The notes under the pieces: generated by a model
Seen by the model: the letters and a program-made list of their open reading frames with translations, nothing else
The model's database searches: none
What the model was told of the DNA's origin: nothing
Part shown: positions 50,868-61,155 of the stretch, one piece after another
How the letters are laid out: every line of letters begins with the position of its first letter
How positions within the stretch are numbered: position 1 is the first letter of the stretch
Translations under genes and position numbers: made by a program
Assembly: GCA_963730935.1 (NCBI GenBank)
Contig: CAVSTP010000004.1
Span: 736,001-800,000 of the forward strand
Reading direction: 5' to 3'
Length of the DNA stretch: 64,000 bases
DNA from: an uncultured Nitrospiraceae bacterium
Lineage (GTDB): Bacteria > Nitrospirota > Nitrospiria > Nitrospirales > Nitrospiraceae

Positions 50868-51812
50868 TCAAAACGTCAAAGTCCCCTCAATCACCATAAC
50901 GCACTGTCCGCCGACTTTTACTGAGTGAATCGCCTGTCCGTCGGATTCGATTTGCACGAGGATTCTGGATGGCCGCTCGACTTCGTACCCCTGCTCAATC
51001 ACGATCTCGATCTTAGGGCTCTTCTCCACGATGCCGTTCTGCACGAGATAGGCGCCCAACGCGCCGCTGGCGCTTCCCGTCGCCGGATCTTCCGGAATGC
51101 CGATGGCCGGCGCAAACATTCTCGAATGCACGTTCGAGAAGGGTTCCACGGTCATAGTCGTAAAAGCGGTGATGCCGTTCGCCCCGAACCGGCCGCACAA
51201 ATCGACGATGGCGGAGGGATCGGGATTGATGGAGCGTACGGCCGTCAAGGTGCGTATCGGCACGATCAACACGGGCAAGCCGGTCGACACCACTTCGACC
51301 GGCCATTTCGTATCTGTGATCGTGAGTTTTGGAATCCCCAAGGCCGCCGCCACTTTGTATAAGTCTTCGGTGTCTTCGATGCGCTCGAGAAATTGCGGTT
51401 CCGGCTGGGTCATGACGACGCGCATGACCTGGCCATCCCGCATTAGAAGGTCGACTGGAAACAGCCCGATGTTGCATTCCTGCACGACACGAGTCACAGG
51501 TTCTCGAGTGGCAATCAGACCCAGCTGCGCGAGTACATGCATGGTGCCCACGACTGGATGACCCGCAAAGGGAATTTCCTGGGTCGGGGTAAAAATGCGA
51601 AGGCGGACGACAGCAGCCGGATCCGTCGGTGGAAACACGAAAACGCTCTCGGAAAGATTCATCTCGCGGGCGATCTGCTGAAGCTGATCGTCGGTGAGAC
51701 CTTGAGCTTCGGTAAACACCGCAACCGGGTTGCCGCCGAAGGGCTGAGCCGTGAATACATCCGCTTGATAGAATTTCAGCGAGCGACGCTCGGCCGCCAT
51801 AATAGCGGGCAC
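50868..51812 (-). CDS. PhzF-family epimerase/isomerase
   Basis: DVFTAQPFGGNP, EMNLSES, EIPFAGHP, EDPATGSA. Confidence 0.95.
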   Translation of the reverse strand: MPAIMAAERRSLKFYQADVFTAQPFGGNPVAVFTEAQGLTDDQLQQIAREMNLSESVFVFPPTDPAAVVRLRIFTPTQEIPFAGHPVVGTMHVLAQLGLIATREPVTRVVQECNIGLFPVDLLMRDGQVMRVVMTQPEPQFLERIEDTEDLYKVAAALGIPKLTITDTKWPVEVVSTGLPVLIVPIRTLTAVRSINPDPSAIVDLCGRFGANGITAFTTMTVEPFSNVHSRMFAPAIGIPEDPATGSASGALGAYLVQNGIVEKSPKIEIVIEQGYEVERPSRILVQIESDGQAIHSVKVGGQCVMVIEGTLTF

Positions 51813-51902
51813 TCTAGGTCAAGAAACAAGCCCGTGTCAAACCAACAGTTTGTGGACTGTAAGACTGTCGGACAGACCTCGGAACGCGTAGAATGGCGCG
51901 GC

Positions 51903-52481
51903 ATGCCGACCGAATTTCGCAGGACGCTATTCATCGTTGCCGCCCTCAACCTCGCCTATTTCGGCGTCGAGTTCGCCGCCGCGATCGTCATAGGCTCAGT
52001 CTCGCTCTTCGCCGACTCAATCGACTTTCTGGAGGATGCGGCCCTCAATGCCCTGATCCTCCTCGCGATGAGATGGACCGCGCCCTATCGAAGCGCCGTC
52101 GCCAAGGTGCTTGCGGTCATCATCCTGATTCCTGGTCTCGCCACGCTCTGGATGACCTGGGAGAAGTTCGCCCTGCCCGTCCCTCCGGCGCCGCTGCCGC
52201 TCTCGGCGACCGGCGCCGGAGCACTGCTCGTCAATCTCACCTGTGCCGTGCTACTGGTCCGCTTCCAGCATCACGGCGGAAGTCTCGGTCTCGCCGTTTT
52301 TCTCTCGGCCCGCAACGACGTGCTGGCGAACGCAGCCATCATTCTGGCCGGCCTGGCGACCAGCGCGACGCAGTCGGTCTGGCCTGATGTCATCGTCGGT
52401 CTCGGCATCGCTGCAATGAACGCAGACGCCGCGGGAGAAGTGTATAGAGCCGCCGGGCAGGAAACCGACGCAAGAGCCTGA
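51903..52481 (+). CDS. Cation diffusion facilitator (Co/Zn/Cd efflux), TM domain only
   Basis: SVSLFADSIDFLED, FLSARNDVLAN, WPD. Confidence 0.85.
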   Translation: MPTEFRRTLFIVAALNLAYFGVEFAAAIVIGSVSLFADSIDFLEDAALNALILLAMRWTAPYRSAVAKVLAVIILIPGLATLWMTWEKFALPVPPAPLPLSATGAGALLVNLTCAVLLVRFQHHGGSLGLAVFLSARNDVLANAAIILAGLATSATQSVWPDVIVGLGIAAMNADAAGEVYRAAGQETDARA

Positions 52482-52586
52482 GGCCGACGGGCGTACGGGC
52501 TGGTTGATCTGCTTTGCTCGCCCAACGCGCACACCAGAATGTAGGCTGGAGGTGGATGGTCGCCTTTGCTGCCGCGATGGGTAAAG

Positions 52587-52853
52587 CCGCATGGCCCTCT
52601 CGCTGCTTGGCTCCGCAACTTGTTCCGTCCCGGACTCCGTCCGAACGAAAGGCCTCCTATGCGACATGCACGGTGGCGAGGGCCCCGTGCTTGCCCGGAC
52701 ATGTATCTTCTTCACCAAAAGATGGTAGGCCTTGCTCGCGACTTGCGAGAGGTCGCAGGCGAGTTGATGCGGTCGCAAGGCGACGGCGAGCACTGTTCGA
52801 AGTTCCATTTTGACGAAGTCATGAATGGAACAAGTTGCGGAGCCGAGCGGCGA
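52587..52853. repeat. Inverted pair of family D repeats (52587-52650 forward; about 52720-52853 reverse)
   Basis: tcgctgcttggctccgcaacttgttcc forward and ggaacaagttgcggagccgagcggcga reverse. Confidence 0.75.
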
Positions 52854-53020
52854 CGAACCCTGCGGTTTCACCTCTCGCTGGAGCTGAGTAAGGCCTATCA
52901 TCGGACAGCTTAGCGCGGTCGAGCCGAAGCGCGGAGCAGGAAGGGCTTATCGTCCCTCACTCACCTTGACTTGGCCGCCGCACGCCGCCTATTCTCAAAC
53001 GCCTTTTAGCAAGGAGCGTC

Positions 53021-53683
53021 ATGGCCCGCGAGCTTGAACTCAATGTCCGCCCCATCTTTTCGACTCCCCTGCTGGTGTTTTCCATTCCCGAGGCCGAGCG
53101 GATTAATGCCGATCTCAAACGGGCGGTGCTGGCGCGAGAAGCCTCCGAGCCCACCTATCACGACCGCGAAGTCATCGGCTGGTCCTCTCCTCACGATATG
53201 TCCATGATGGAATGGGCGAGCGGCCCGCTAAAGACCCTGTTCGAGTACGTGATCCAGGTAGCGACCCAGGCAACGGAGTACTCAGAACGCACCGGCAAGG
53301 CATCACAACGTCCGGCCTGGCAGGTGGTCGAAATCTGGGCGAATGTGCAGCGGTCCGGCGGCAGCAACGGCTCCCACGCCCACCCCGGCTCCTTCTGGTC
53401 CGGCGTCTATTATGTGGATGCGGGCGATATCTCGGAGACGGAAAAGAACGGCGGGGAACTGCAGCTCTTCGATCCGCGCGGCTGTCTCCCGCGCATGCTG
53501 GCGCCTTACCTGCGCTACGCGATTCCCGAACTGCACGACGCCGGCAACACGATCTCGTTCACTCCCACATCAGGCCAATGCGTGATGTTCCCCGGCTGGC
53601 AGTACCATGCCGTGGCTCCGTACATCGGCAAGGCGCCCCGCATCAGCATCGCCTTCAACCTGGATCCGATTCTTCCGAAGTAA
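53021..53683 (+). CDS. Putative 2OG-Fe(II) oxygenase (TIGR02466-like)
   Basis: WANV, HAHPGSFWSGVYYV, FDPR, FPGWQYHAV, RISIAFN. Confidence 0.88.
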   Translation: MARELELNVRPIFSTPLLVFSIPEAERINADLKRAVLAREASEPTYHDREVIGWSSPHDMSMMEWASGPLKTLFEYVIQVATQATEYSERTGKASQRPAWQVVEIWANVQRSGGSNGSHAHPGSFWSGVYYVDAGDISETEKNGGELQLFDPRGCLPRMLAPYLRYAIPELHDAGNTISFTPTSGQCVMFPGWQYHAVAPYIGKAPRISIAFNLDPILPK

Positions 53684-53686
53684 ACG

Positions 53687-54925
53687 TTAGGCAGGCAGGG
53701 GTAAGGATTCGAACGACTGGACCAGCGGATTCCGCACATAGTCTTCCACGTAGTTCTTCAGCAGGCAGTTCCGCCACAGTAGCTTGTTCGCAAACTTCGT
53801 ATCGATCTTGTGCAGCACCGTGGCCTTCACACCAGTCTTCCTCATGAACTGCTCCAGCGTCACCCCGCCGATGTCGGTGTACAGGCCGCGGCCCGACTGC
53901 ATCATGCATTTCGGAATGTGAACGCGCTTGTGGCCGTTGACACAGCGCGCAATGTCGTCGAACGTCAACAGCACCGAGCAGTCCGAATCCCCGCCGAGCG
54001 TCGCGTTCGGCACCATCAGATACTTGGCGCGGTTCTTTCGGTACATGTTCAGCACCTTATACACGCTCTTCGCCATCACGACCGTGTCGCGCTTCTCCAG
54101 TTCGAGTGAATCGAAGGCGCTCACGATCCGCCTGCGGTTCATGAAGGCTGTGATCGGCGCTTCGGTCTGGATCGTCTGGATGTTCGGCAGCCCCTTCTCG
54201 TAGAGTCGCACCGCCTCCTCCGGCAGATATTTCCTTCCTCCGCGCATCAGCTCCGCCGTCGGATCTTTGATGCCGCGCACCGGCGTCAGACAGCCCATCC
54301 ACAGCACGGTCTTTTGATTGATCTTGGAGATCGTCTCCGCATCCTTCGACATCGTGTGCACGTCGAAGGCATAGAAGTTTGCCGAAGACACGGCCGGACC
54401 ATCCAAGACCTTCATCAAATGTTTGATCGAGGGGGCATGGGGCATGAGCCGCTGGCGGTAGTCGCTCAGCGTGATCACCGACAGCTCGAAGTTGATCCGG
54501 CCGGGAAAGCGGGCCGCCAGCTCGTGAATCTTGGGTACCTGCACGTAGCCGACCGTGAAGAACGTGATGTTCTTATCCGTGGAGGTCAGGAAATCCTCGA
54601 CCCATTCCATCGCCTTCGGGTGGAGGAACAGATCGGTCCATTCCATGTATTCGTTGCCGCCCAGACACCAGAACTGCATCGGATCCGTGGGCTTCCTGCT
54701 GATGTAGTCGAGGATGAACTTCCAATCTTCATCCGTCGTCTTGGGCGGATCGAGTGTTTCGCGATAGGAATGGTCGATCTCGTAGCAGAACTCGCACTTC
54801 ACCGGACAGGTCTTGCCGAGGCTGATCGGAATCTTCCCGCCTTCCATCTCGCGGACGAGCACCTCGCGGTAGTCCTTGTTCTTGAAGATGGGAACGGGCT
54901 GGAGGATGGGTAGTGCGGTCGGCAT
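53687..54925 (-). CDS. Radical SAM Fe-S protein with a DUF512-like C-terminus
   Basis: CPVKCEFC (CX3CX2C); VPNATLGG...LLTFDDI...IPKCMM. Confidence 0.75.
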   Translation of the reverse strand: MPTALPILQPVPIFKNKDYREVLVREMEGGKIPISLGKTCPVKCEFCYEIDHSYRETLDPPKTTDEDWKFILDYISRKPTDPMQFWCLGGNEYMEWTDLFLHPKAMEWVEDFLTSTDKNITFFTVGYVQVPKIHELAARFPGRINFELSVITLSDYRQRLMPHAPSIKHLMKVLDGPAVSSANFYAFDVHTMSKDAETISKINQKTVLWMGCLTPVRGIKDPTAELMRGGRKYLPEEAVRLYEKGLPNIQTIQTEAPITAFMNRRRIVSAFDSLELEKRDTVVMAKSVYKVLNMYRKNRAKYLMVPNATLGGDSDCSVLLTFDDIARCVNGHKRVHIPKCMMQSGRGLYTDIGGVTLEQFMRKTGVKATVLHKIDTKFANKLLWRNCLLKNYVEDYVRNPLVQSFESLPLPA

Positions 54926-54977
54926 GAGGGCAGTTACTAGATTGACAGGCTTACAAACGCTTTGTCAGACTTTCTAT

Positions 54978-55253
54978 ATGGCTGAAGTTACCCAACCGGT
55001 CGCCGACGCCCTCCAAGTGCTCGGCCTCGATCTGCCGGTCTCCCAGGAGCAGCTGGAGATCAAACGCAAGGAACTGCTCCATATCTGGGATCCCTCCCGC
55101 TATGCGAACCTGACGAATAACCCCAAGAAATACATGCAGTCTTACAAGGAAGCTGAGGAAATGACGAATAAAATTGAAGACGCCTATGCGCTTCTCTCTT
55201 CCTGGATCGCCTCTTCTCCCAACAACCCTCCGAGTGGCCAAATTCTTGTTTAA
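54978..55253 (+). CDS. J-domain-like small protein lacking HPD
   Basis: ALQVLGL...RKELLHIWDPSRY...AEEMTNKIEDAYALL. Confidence 0.7.
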   Translation: MAEVTQPVADALQVLGLDLPVSQEQLEIKRKELLHIWDPSRYANLTNNPKKYMQSYKEAEEMTNKIEDAYALLSSWIASSPNNPPSGQILV

Positions 55254-55254
55254 T

Positions 55255-57215
55255 TTACCCGACCCCGTGCGAGACGACCCGACTCATCCCCTCTTTGCCG
55301 TCCTCGCCTTCGTTCATCGCCACCGGCCAGGTGACTAATCCAGATACGCTATCGGACGAGCCAACCGTCTGCCGCTGCGCATAGATCTGCGGTAGCTTGT
55401 TCGTGCCGAACTTGGAGATATAGAGGAACACGTGCTCTCGGGCGTTCACGCGGACGGCCCAGGGCTGAAAATCGTTCTGATAGAACTCCTCGCAGAGCTG
55501 CATCGCATCGAGGCAGGAAATCCCCACCGGCTCGTTCAGCGTGTAATAGTAGTCCAGCGGCAGGTCGTACTCTTCCTGCTTGTGTATCGTGATGCCGAAC
55601 TTCTCCGGATTGCGCACCATCGGCGTATGCCGGTAGGCCACGAAGTAGAACAGCTCCACCGAATGGATCACCGGCTGGTTGTCGATGACGAACTGGCGCG
55701 TCTCGAGCGCCTCGTCCCGCGTCTCGCCGGGGAAGCCGTAGAAGGCCATCACGTGGTTCCAGATCCCCGCCTTCGCCGCCGAGTGTAAATTATTCTGGAT
55801 CACGCTCTTCTTCGCGTGCTTGTCCATGAGATTCAGCACCCGCTCGTTGGCCGATTCCATTCCATAGTAGAGCGTGCAGCAGCCGGCCTTGGCGGCGAGA
55901 TCCCAGATGGCCTGATCTTGTAAGGTCTCCTCGAAGCGGATCAGCGTCGTCCACTTGATGCCGACGTCTTGATCGACTAGAAGCTGCGAAACCTTTTTGA
56001 ATAACGCCGGCGGATAGGACTCGTCCGAGAACAGGAAGTGCCGGCACTGGTACTTGTCGCGCAACGCCTTCACTTGATCGACGACGTGCTGTGCGGTCAT
56101 CCCGCGGTATTGGTCGAAATAGCCCTGACCGTGATCGCAGAACGTGCAGCGGCCCCAATAGCAGCCGCGGGTCGCCAGATAGGGAATGATCCGCTCCGGC
56201 ACGAAGTAGTGATCGAGCGGGAAACCGTCGAAGTCCGGCAGCGGCAGCTCGGTCATCTTCTCGGTATGGATGTCCTTGTTCTGGTGCAGGCCGGTCGCAT
56301 CGCGGTAGATGAGGTTCGGGACGGAGGCCATCTCGCGCTGGCCGTTCAACGCCTCGATCAGCCACAAGAGCGCATGCTCTCCCTCGTAGAGGATCGCCGT
56401 ATCGAAAACGTCCGTGAAGAACCGTTCCTGCTTCGGCAGCTCTTCTTGCAACCGCGTGACCACGTTACCGCCGACCACCACGTGCACATTCGGGAACGTC
56501 TCCTTGATCATCTTGCAGAACGTCATCCCCGCAATCAACTGCATCTGCGTGCCGATCGAAATGCCGACCACGTCGGGCCGTTCCTTGGCGACCGACGGCA
56601 GCACGAGCTGATTGCAGATATCGCGGTAGATGTTCACCTGCTCGTCGTCGAGACAGGCCAGCAGTTCCTTGGAGACACCGGGCCGGTAGCCGAGGTTGCT
56701 CTCCATCGGATAGAACACGAGCGAGGCCGGATAGTAGGCGGCGGAGATGAACTGCATCGCCTCGCGGAAGGTATTGAGCGCGACATTCCAGCTTGTCCGC
56801 CTCGTAGAACCGTTCGCCACGGACAACGCGCTTGGCTTCCTCGGCGCGCGCCGCGAGGTCGAAGACATCGATGGTCATGACCTGCTCCAGCACAGGCCAA
56901 TTGACCGGCTTCCTGCTCCGTCAGTTCTCCCCGCTTCTCCTTCATCTGCAGCGACCTCAGCTGCATCGTCTGTCTCGCCCTGATCCAAACCAGGAACTCG
57001 GTCGTGAAGAAGTGGTCGTACATCTCGATGTTCACGTCCCGCTGGATCACCGTATGGCCGGCTTCGCGCAGCACGGCGGTCAGCGACGGCAGCGCCAGAT
57101 AGGGCGCCGTCGGCACCCATTCGGGCGGAAACAGCAGCATGACCTTGGAGGTCTTGCGCGCGCCGTTCTTCAGCGGAGTCAGACCGTCGATCTGTAGAAG
57201 TCCGCTATCGCTCAT
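55255..57215 (-). CDS. Cobalamin-dependent radical SAM enzyme (reconstructed across frameshifts at ~56895 and ~56785)
   Basis: LLFPPEW..PYLALPSL, PDVVGISI, RGCYWGRCTFC, FSDE, GMES, GFPGET spread over three consecutive ORFs. Confidence 0.85.
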
Positions 57216-57237
57216 GATTCTCCGAGTCTTACCCTCA

Positions 57238-57355
57238 GGATGTTCAAAAAGGTCTTCCAGCAAGGCCGCAGCGAGCGAGAGGGCGAAGCGTACGTTTTTC
57301 GGTACGTTGAGCCCTTGAGCGATGCGAGAACGCCGCTGTAGGCCTTTTCAAATCC
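57238..57355 (+). repeat. Family A structured repeat, copy 3 (right end slightly eroded)
   Basis: ggatgttcaaaaagg...caaggccgcagcgagcg...gcgtac/gtacgt...ccttttcaaatcc. Confidence 0.88.
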
Positions 57356-57361
57356 GGCGCG

Positions 57362-59262
57362 TCACATTTTACCTGCTAATGTGGGTGACGCTCCCGACAT
57401 CTTTGCTGCGCTATATTGCAAGTCGGGCAGTTTTTTCAGCCCGAACCTGCAGATGTACAGGAAAATATATTCGCGGATGTACAGGCGTAAATCCCAGCCC
57501 GGATTGTGGTTCCGTTCGAATTCCTGGAACACCCGCTCCGCCTCTTCGATGCTCATGCCGTTTTTCACGGTGAAGTAGTAGTCGAGCGCCAGGTCCCACT
57601 CCGCATTCTTGTAGGCCGTCACGCCCCACCGCTCCGGATGCTTCGCCACGGGATTATGCCGGCCGAGATCGAACGTGCCGAACCCGAGCGAATGGACATA
57701 GTTCTTGTTCTGTTCGAGGAACTCGACCGATTGCCAGGCTTCCTCCCGCGTTTCGCCCGGGAAGCCGAAGAAGCCCATGCAGTGGTTCCAAATGCCGGCC
57801 TCCGCCGTGAGCTTCAGATGCTTTGTCATGATGTCGGTCGTCGTCGCCTTGTCCATCAGCTTCAGCACCCGCTCGACGCCCGATTCGTAGCCGAAATGGA
57901 GATAGCGGCAGCCGGACTGCTTCGCATCCTCCCACACGCCGTCGTCCAAGAGGCTCTTCTCGAACCGCATGTGGGTCGTCCAGAAGATGTCCATCTTCTC
58001 TTCGACCAATCCCCTGGCCAGCTTGCGAAAGAGTGCCGGCGGATAGGATTCGTCGGTAAAGTGAAAATGCCGGGCGCCGTACTTGTCTTTGAGGTACTGG
58101 ATGTCGGCGAGCACATCCTGGATCTTCTTCGACCGGTAGCCGGCGGTATAGCCCTCGCCGTGGTCGCAGAACTCGCAGCGGCCCCAGTAGCAGCCGCGCG
58201 TCGCGAGATACGGCAGCGTCCTGGTCGGCACGAAATACTTCTGGAGCGGCAAGCCGTCGAAATCCGGCGGCGGCAGCTCCGCCATGTCCTCGGCATAGCT
58301 CAGGGGCGACTCGTGGACGCCCTTGTCGTCCTTATAAATGGTGTTGGGCACGCTGGCCAAATCGCGCTTGGCGCCCACCGCCTCGACCAATTGCAAGAAA
58401 GCCGTCTCCCCTTCATAGACCACCGCGCTGTCGAAGAATTGAAAGAGCGGCGACTGGGGCAGCACGTCGCGCAGTCTCGTCACCGTGTTGCCACCGATCG
58501 TGACGTGGATGTTCGGGAAACTGCTGCTTGATCAGCGCGCAGAAGGTCATGGTGGAGAAGATCTGCTGCTGGAGGACAATTGAAATCCCAACGACATCTG
58601 GTTTCTCAGTTTCAATCACCGGCTTGACCAGCTGCTCGAAGACGTCCCGGTAGACATTCACTTGTTCGATCGTTCACCGCCTCGATCACTTCGTTCGACG
58701 CATAGACCTTGTAGGACAGATCGGTCTCCATCGGCGGCATGCAGATGCGGGCCGGCGAATAGACGAGCGAAATGGTCTGCGTGACTTCGCGGAAGACTTG
58801 AATCGCCCACTCTAACTGGTCGATATCGTAGAAGACTTCCCCACGGACAATGGCTTTCGCCTTCTCCGCCTTCTTGATCAGCTCGTCGATGCGTTGGCGC
58901 GTCACGTCGCACAGCGCCAGCTGCACGTCCATCTCCCAGTCGGTCAGCTCGCGCTTGTTCGCGAGCTTGCGCAGGCGGTCGAGCTGCTGGGGGACTTTGC
59001 GGAGGACTTTCTTCAGGAAGTCCTCGCTGAAGTACCAGTCCCACATCTCGAGATTGACGTCTTTCTGGATAACGGTATGGCCGGCTTTGCGGAGGACGGA
59101 GGTGAGGGAGGGAAGGCTCAAATAGGGTTCGGAAGGGAACCAATCGGGCGGGAAGATGAGCAGAACCTTCATCTTCCGGCCGCTCGCCTGGAAGGAGGTC
59201 TGGCGATGGAGCTGGATCAGCTCTTTGGAGGCCCGGTCGCCCTTCGAATACTCAATGCGCAT
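57362..59262 (-). CDS. Cobalamin-dependent radical SAM enzyme, paralog (frameshifts at ~58660 and ~58518)
   Basis: LIFPPDW..PYLSLPSL, PDVVGISI, RGCYWGRCEFC, FTDE, GYES, GFPGET across ORFs 58612-59499, 58413-58661 and 57362-58483. Confidence 0.85.
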
Positions 59263-59340
59263 ACCGGTAGAAATCTCCCCCCTTGCGGCCTGTGAAAAAG
59301 ACAAGAATAAGAAAGAAAGCCAAGGGGTTAGGAATTGTGC

Positions 59341-59370
59341 ATTGTACGGGGGGTGGGGAAGGAGATGCAA
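59341..59370 (-). promoter_or_regulatory. Putative promoter TTGCAT-18-TACAAT for the radical SAM genes
   Basis: Hexamer match; the spacer contains homopolymers. Confidence 0.5.
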
Positions 59371-59402
59371 GCGGGGCGGCCTGGTTCCCGTCGCTTGCCC
59401 GT

Positions 59403-59548
59403 GGCCTTGTTGGCTGCTGTGAAGTCTCGCTGGCGCTTGGCATCGAAACTTGTTCCATTCCAAGGGAACCTTGAATGGAACTTCGGACATCGACGCCACC
59501 TGCCAGAGCAGGACGCATCAGCGAGCCACACAGCAGAAACACAAGGCC
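59403..59548 (+). repeat. Family D structured repeat, divergent copy
   Basis: aacttGTTCCATTc-CAAGG-gaa-CCTTG-AATGGAACttcg; closing stems ggccttgt/acaaggcc and ctgctgtg/cacagcag. Confidence 0.7.
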
Positions 59549-59724
59549 AAATGGGCCGCGCAGGCAACCCGGCCCCTCCCCTCAAGTACAGGGAAGGGAG
59601 AGCGAATGAGAAATGAGGCTCATCGACCGCGCCCTTGGAGACCACTGCGGGCCGTCCTGTAAAGAAGTCACGTTTGCAATCCTCTTAGTTCCACTTAAAT
59701 ACTGCTTTTTGCTGAAGACTTGGG

Positions 59725-59753
59725 TTGACACATCCCGAGCCGAATCGTAGCCT
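59725..59753 (+). promoter_or_regulatory. Sigma70 promoter TTGACA-17-TAGCCT of the TIR-caspase operon
   Basis: Perfect -35 and a 17-nt spacer, about 60 nt upstream of the ATG. Confidence 0.65.
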
Positions 59754-59815
59754 ATAGCCGGCCAATTTACTTAGCTATTTATGCGGTTTAAACTCACCTT
59801 AAAACGGAGAAGGAC

Positions 59816-60197
59816 ATGGCAGACAAGAAAGTCGTTTTCATCGCATTTGCCATCGAAGATCAGAGACAGCGCGATTTGTTGAAAGGCCAGTCTCTCCATA
59901 CTGATACTCCCTTTGAGTTCGTCGACATGTCTGTCAAGGAGCCATACGACAGCGGTTGGAAGGAACGGGTCCGCACCCGAATTAGGCGGTCGGATGGAGT
60001 TATCGCGCTTGTGAGCAAGAATAGTCTTAGCTCCAGTGGTGAAAAATGGGAGATTGATTGCGCTAGGGAGGAAAAGAAAAAGATCATAGGACTATGGGCA
60101 TATGGAGACGACAGAACACGTCCACCCGCGCTGGACGGCACCCAATTATCCCATAAGGACTTGGGATGGAAAAGCTAGCTTCATTAACGGCCTATGA
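59816..60197 (+). CDS. TIR-like domain protein (ThsB/MTH538/DUF1863 type); C-terminus frameshifted
   Basis: VFIAF, FVDMSVKEPYDSGWKERVRTRIRRSDGVIALVS, KWEI (catalytic Glu); another frame gives TWDGKASFINGL*. Confidence 0.85.
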
Positions 60198-61155
60198 ATC
60201 CCATGAAAGTGCGCTTCTCGTTGGAATCGACACTTATGACCATTTAGACAACCTTGACGGTTGTGTAAGGGACGTCAGAGCATTGATGCCGTTACTTTCA
60301 CGACATGATGATGCCTCACTGAATTTCAATTGCCGGGAATGCACAACCAACGATTCCAGGGCAGAGCGACGAACTGTATTGGAATCAATCGACACTCTCC
60401 TCTCCCCGGGGGCTGATGTCGCCTTGTTGTACTTCGCTGGGCATGGATACAATGCTCCGCACGACGTCGTCCTTGCTACCCAAGATGCTCAAAATCCTGA
60501 TGACGGCGTGCCGCTTTCTACTATCCTTGCGAAAGTGCAACAGTCACCAATCCGTGAAGTGGTAATCATCCTTGACTGCTGTTTTTCTGGCGCTGCTGGT
60601 GGCGTGCCACAGCTTGGCATTAATGCCGCAACACTGCGTCAGGGAGTTGCTATTCTTTCCGCCAGCCAGGCGAATCAAACAGCTGTTGAAACCTCTGCTG
60701 GACGTGGTCTGTTTTCAACATACCTCTGCGGTGGGCTTGAAGGTGGAGCTGCTGATGTTTTAGGAAAAGTGACTCTCGCAGGTTTATATGCGTATCTTTC
60801 TGAATCCTTTGGCCCTTGGGATCAACGTCCGACATTCAAGGCGAATCTAGAGCGACTGCATGATTTACGACGGTGCACGCCATGGGTTCCCATGACAGTA
60901 CTTCGTCGGTTGCCGGAATTTTTCGCTGCGGAAGAACATATATACCCACTTGATCCATCATATGAGCCAGAAGCAGAACCAAAACATCCCGAGCATGAGG
61001 CTATTTTCGGCCTTTTACAGCAATGCCGAGCGGCTAAATTGGTTGAACCGGTGGATGCGGAACACATGTATTTTGCCGCCATGAAGTCAACGGGATGCCG
61101 ACTCACTCGACTCGGACAGCTCTACTGGAGAATGGCCAAGCAGGATTTACTTTAA
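60194..61155 (+). CDS. Caspase-like (peptidase C14) protease; 1-nt deletion near the start (MK[x]ALLVGID)
   Basis: ALLVGIDTY, LDGCVRD, LYFAGHG (His), ILDCCFSG (Cys), GLFSTYL..GL.G.A. Confidence 0.92.

Noticed and set aside
55255..59262. Programmed frameshifting or true pseudogenes in the radical SAM genes
   Set aside because: The indels are at non-equivalent positions in the paralogs and are part of a regional error cluster.
59270..59650. Cobalamin riboswitch upstream of the B12 radical SAM genes
   Set aside because: I see no B12-box consensus. The structured part belongs to repeat family D and lies upstream of the predicted promoter.
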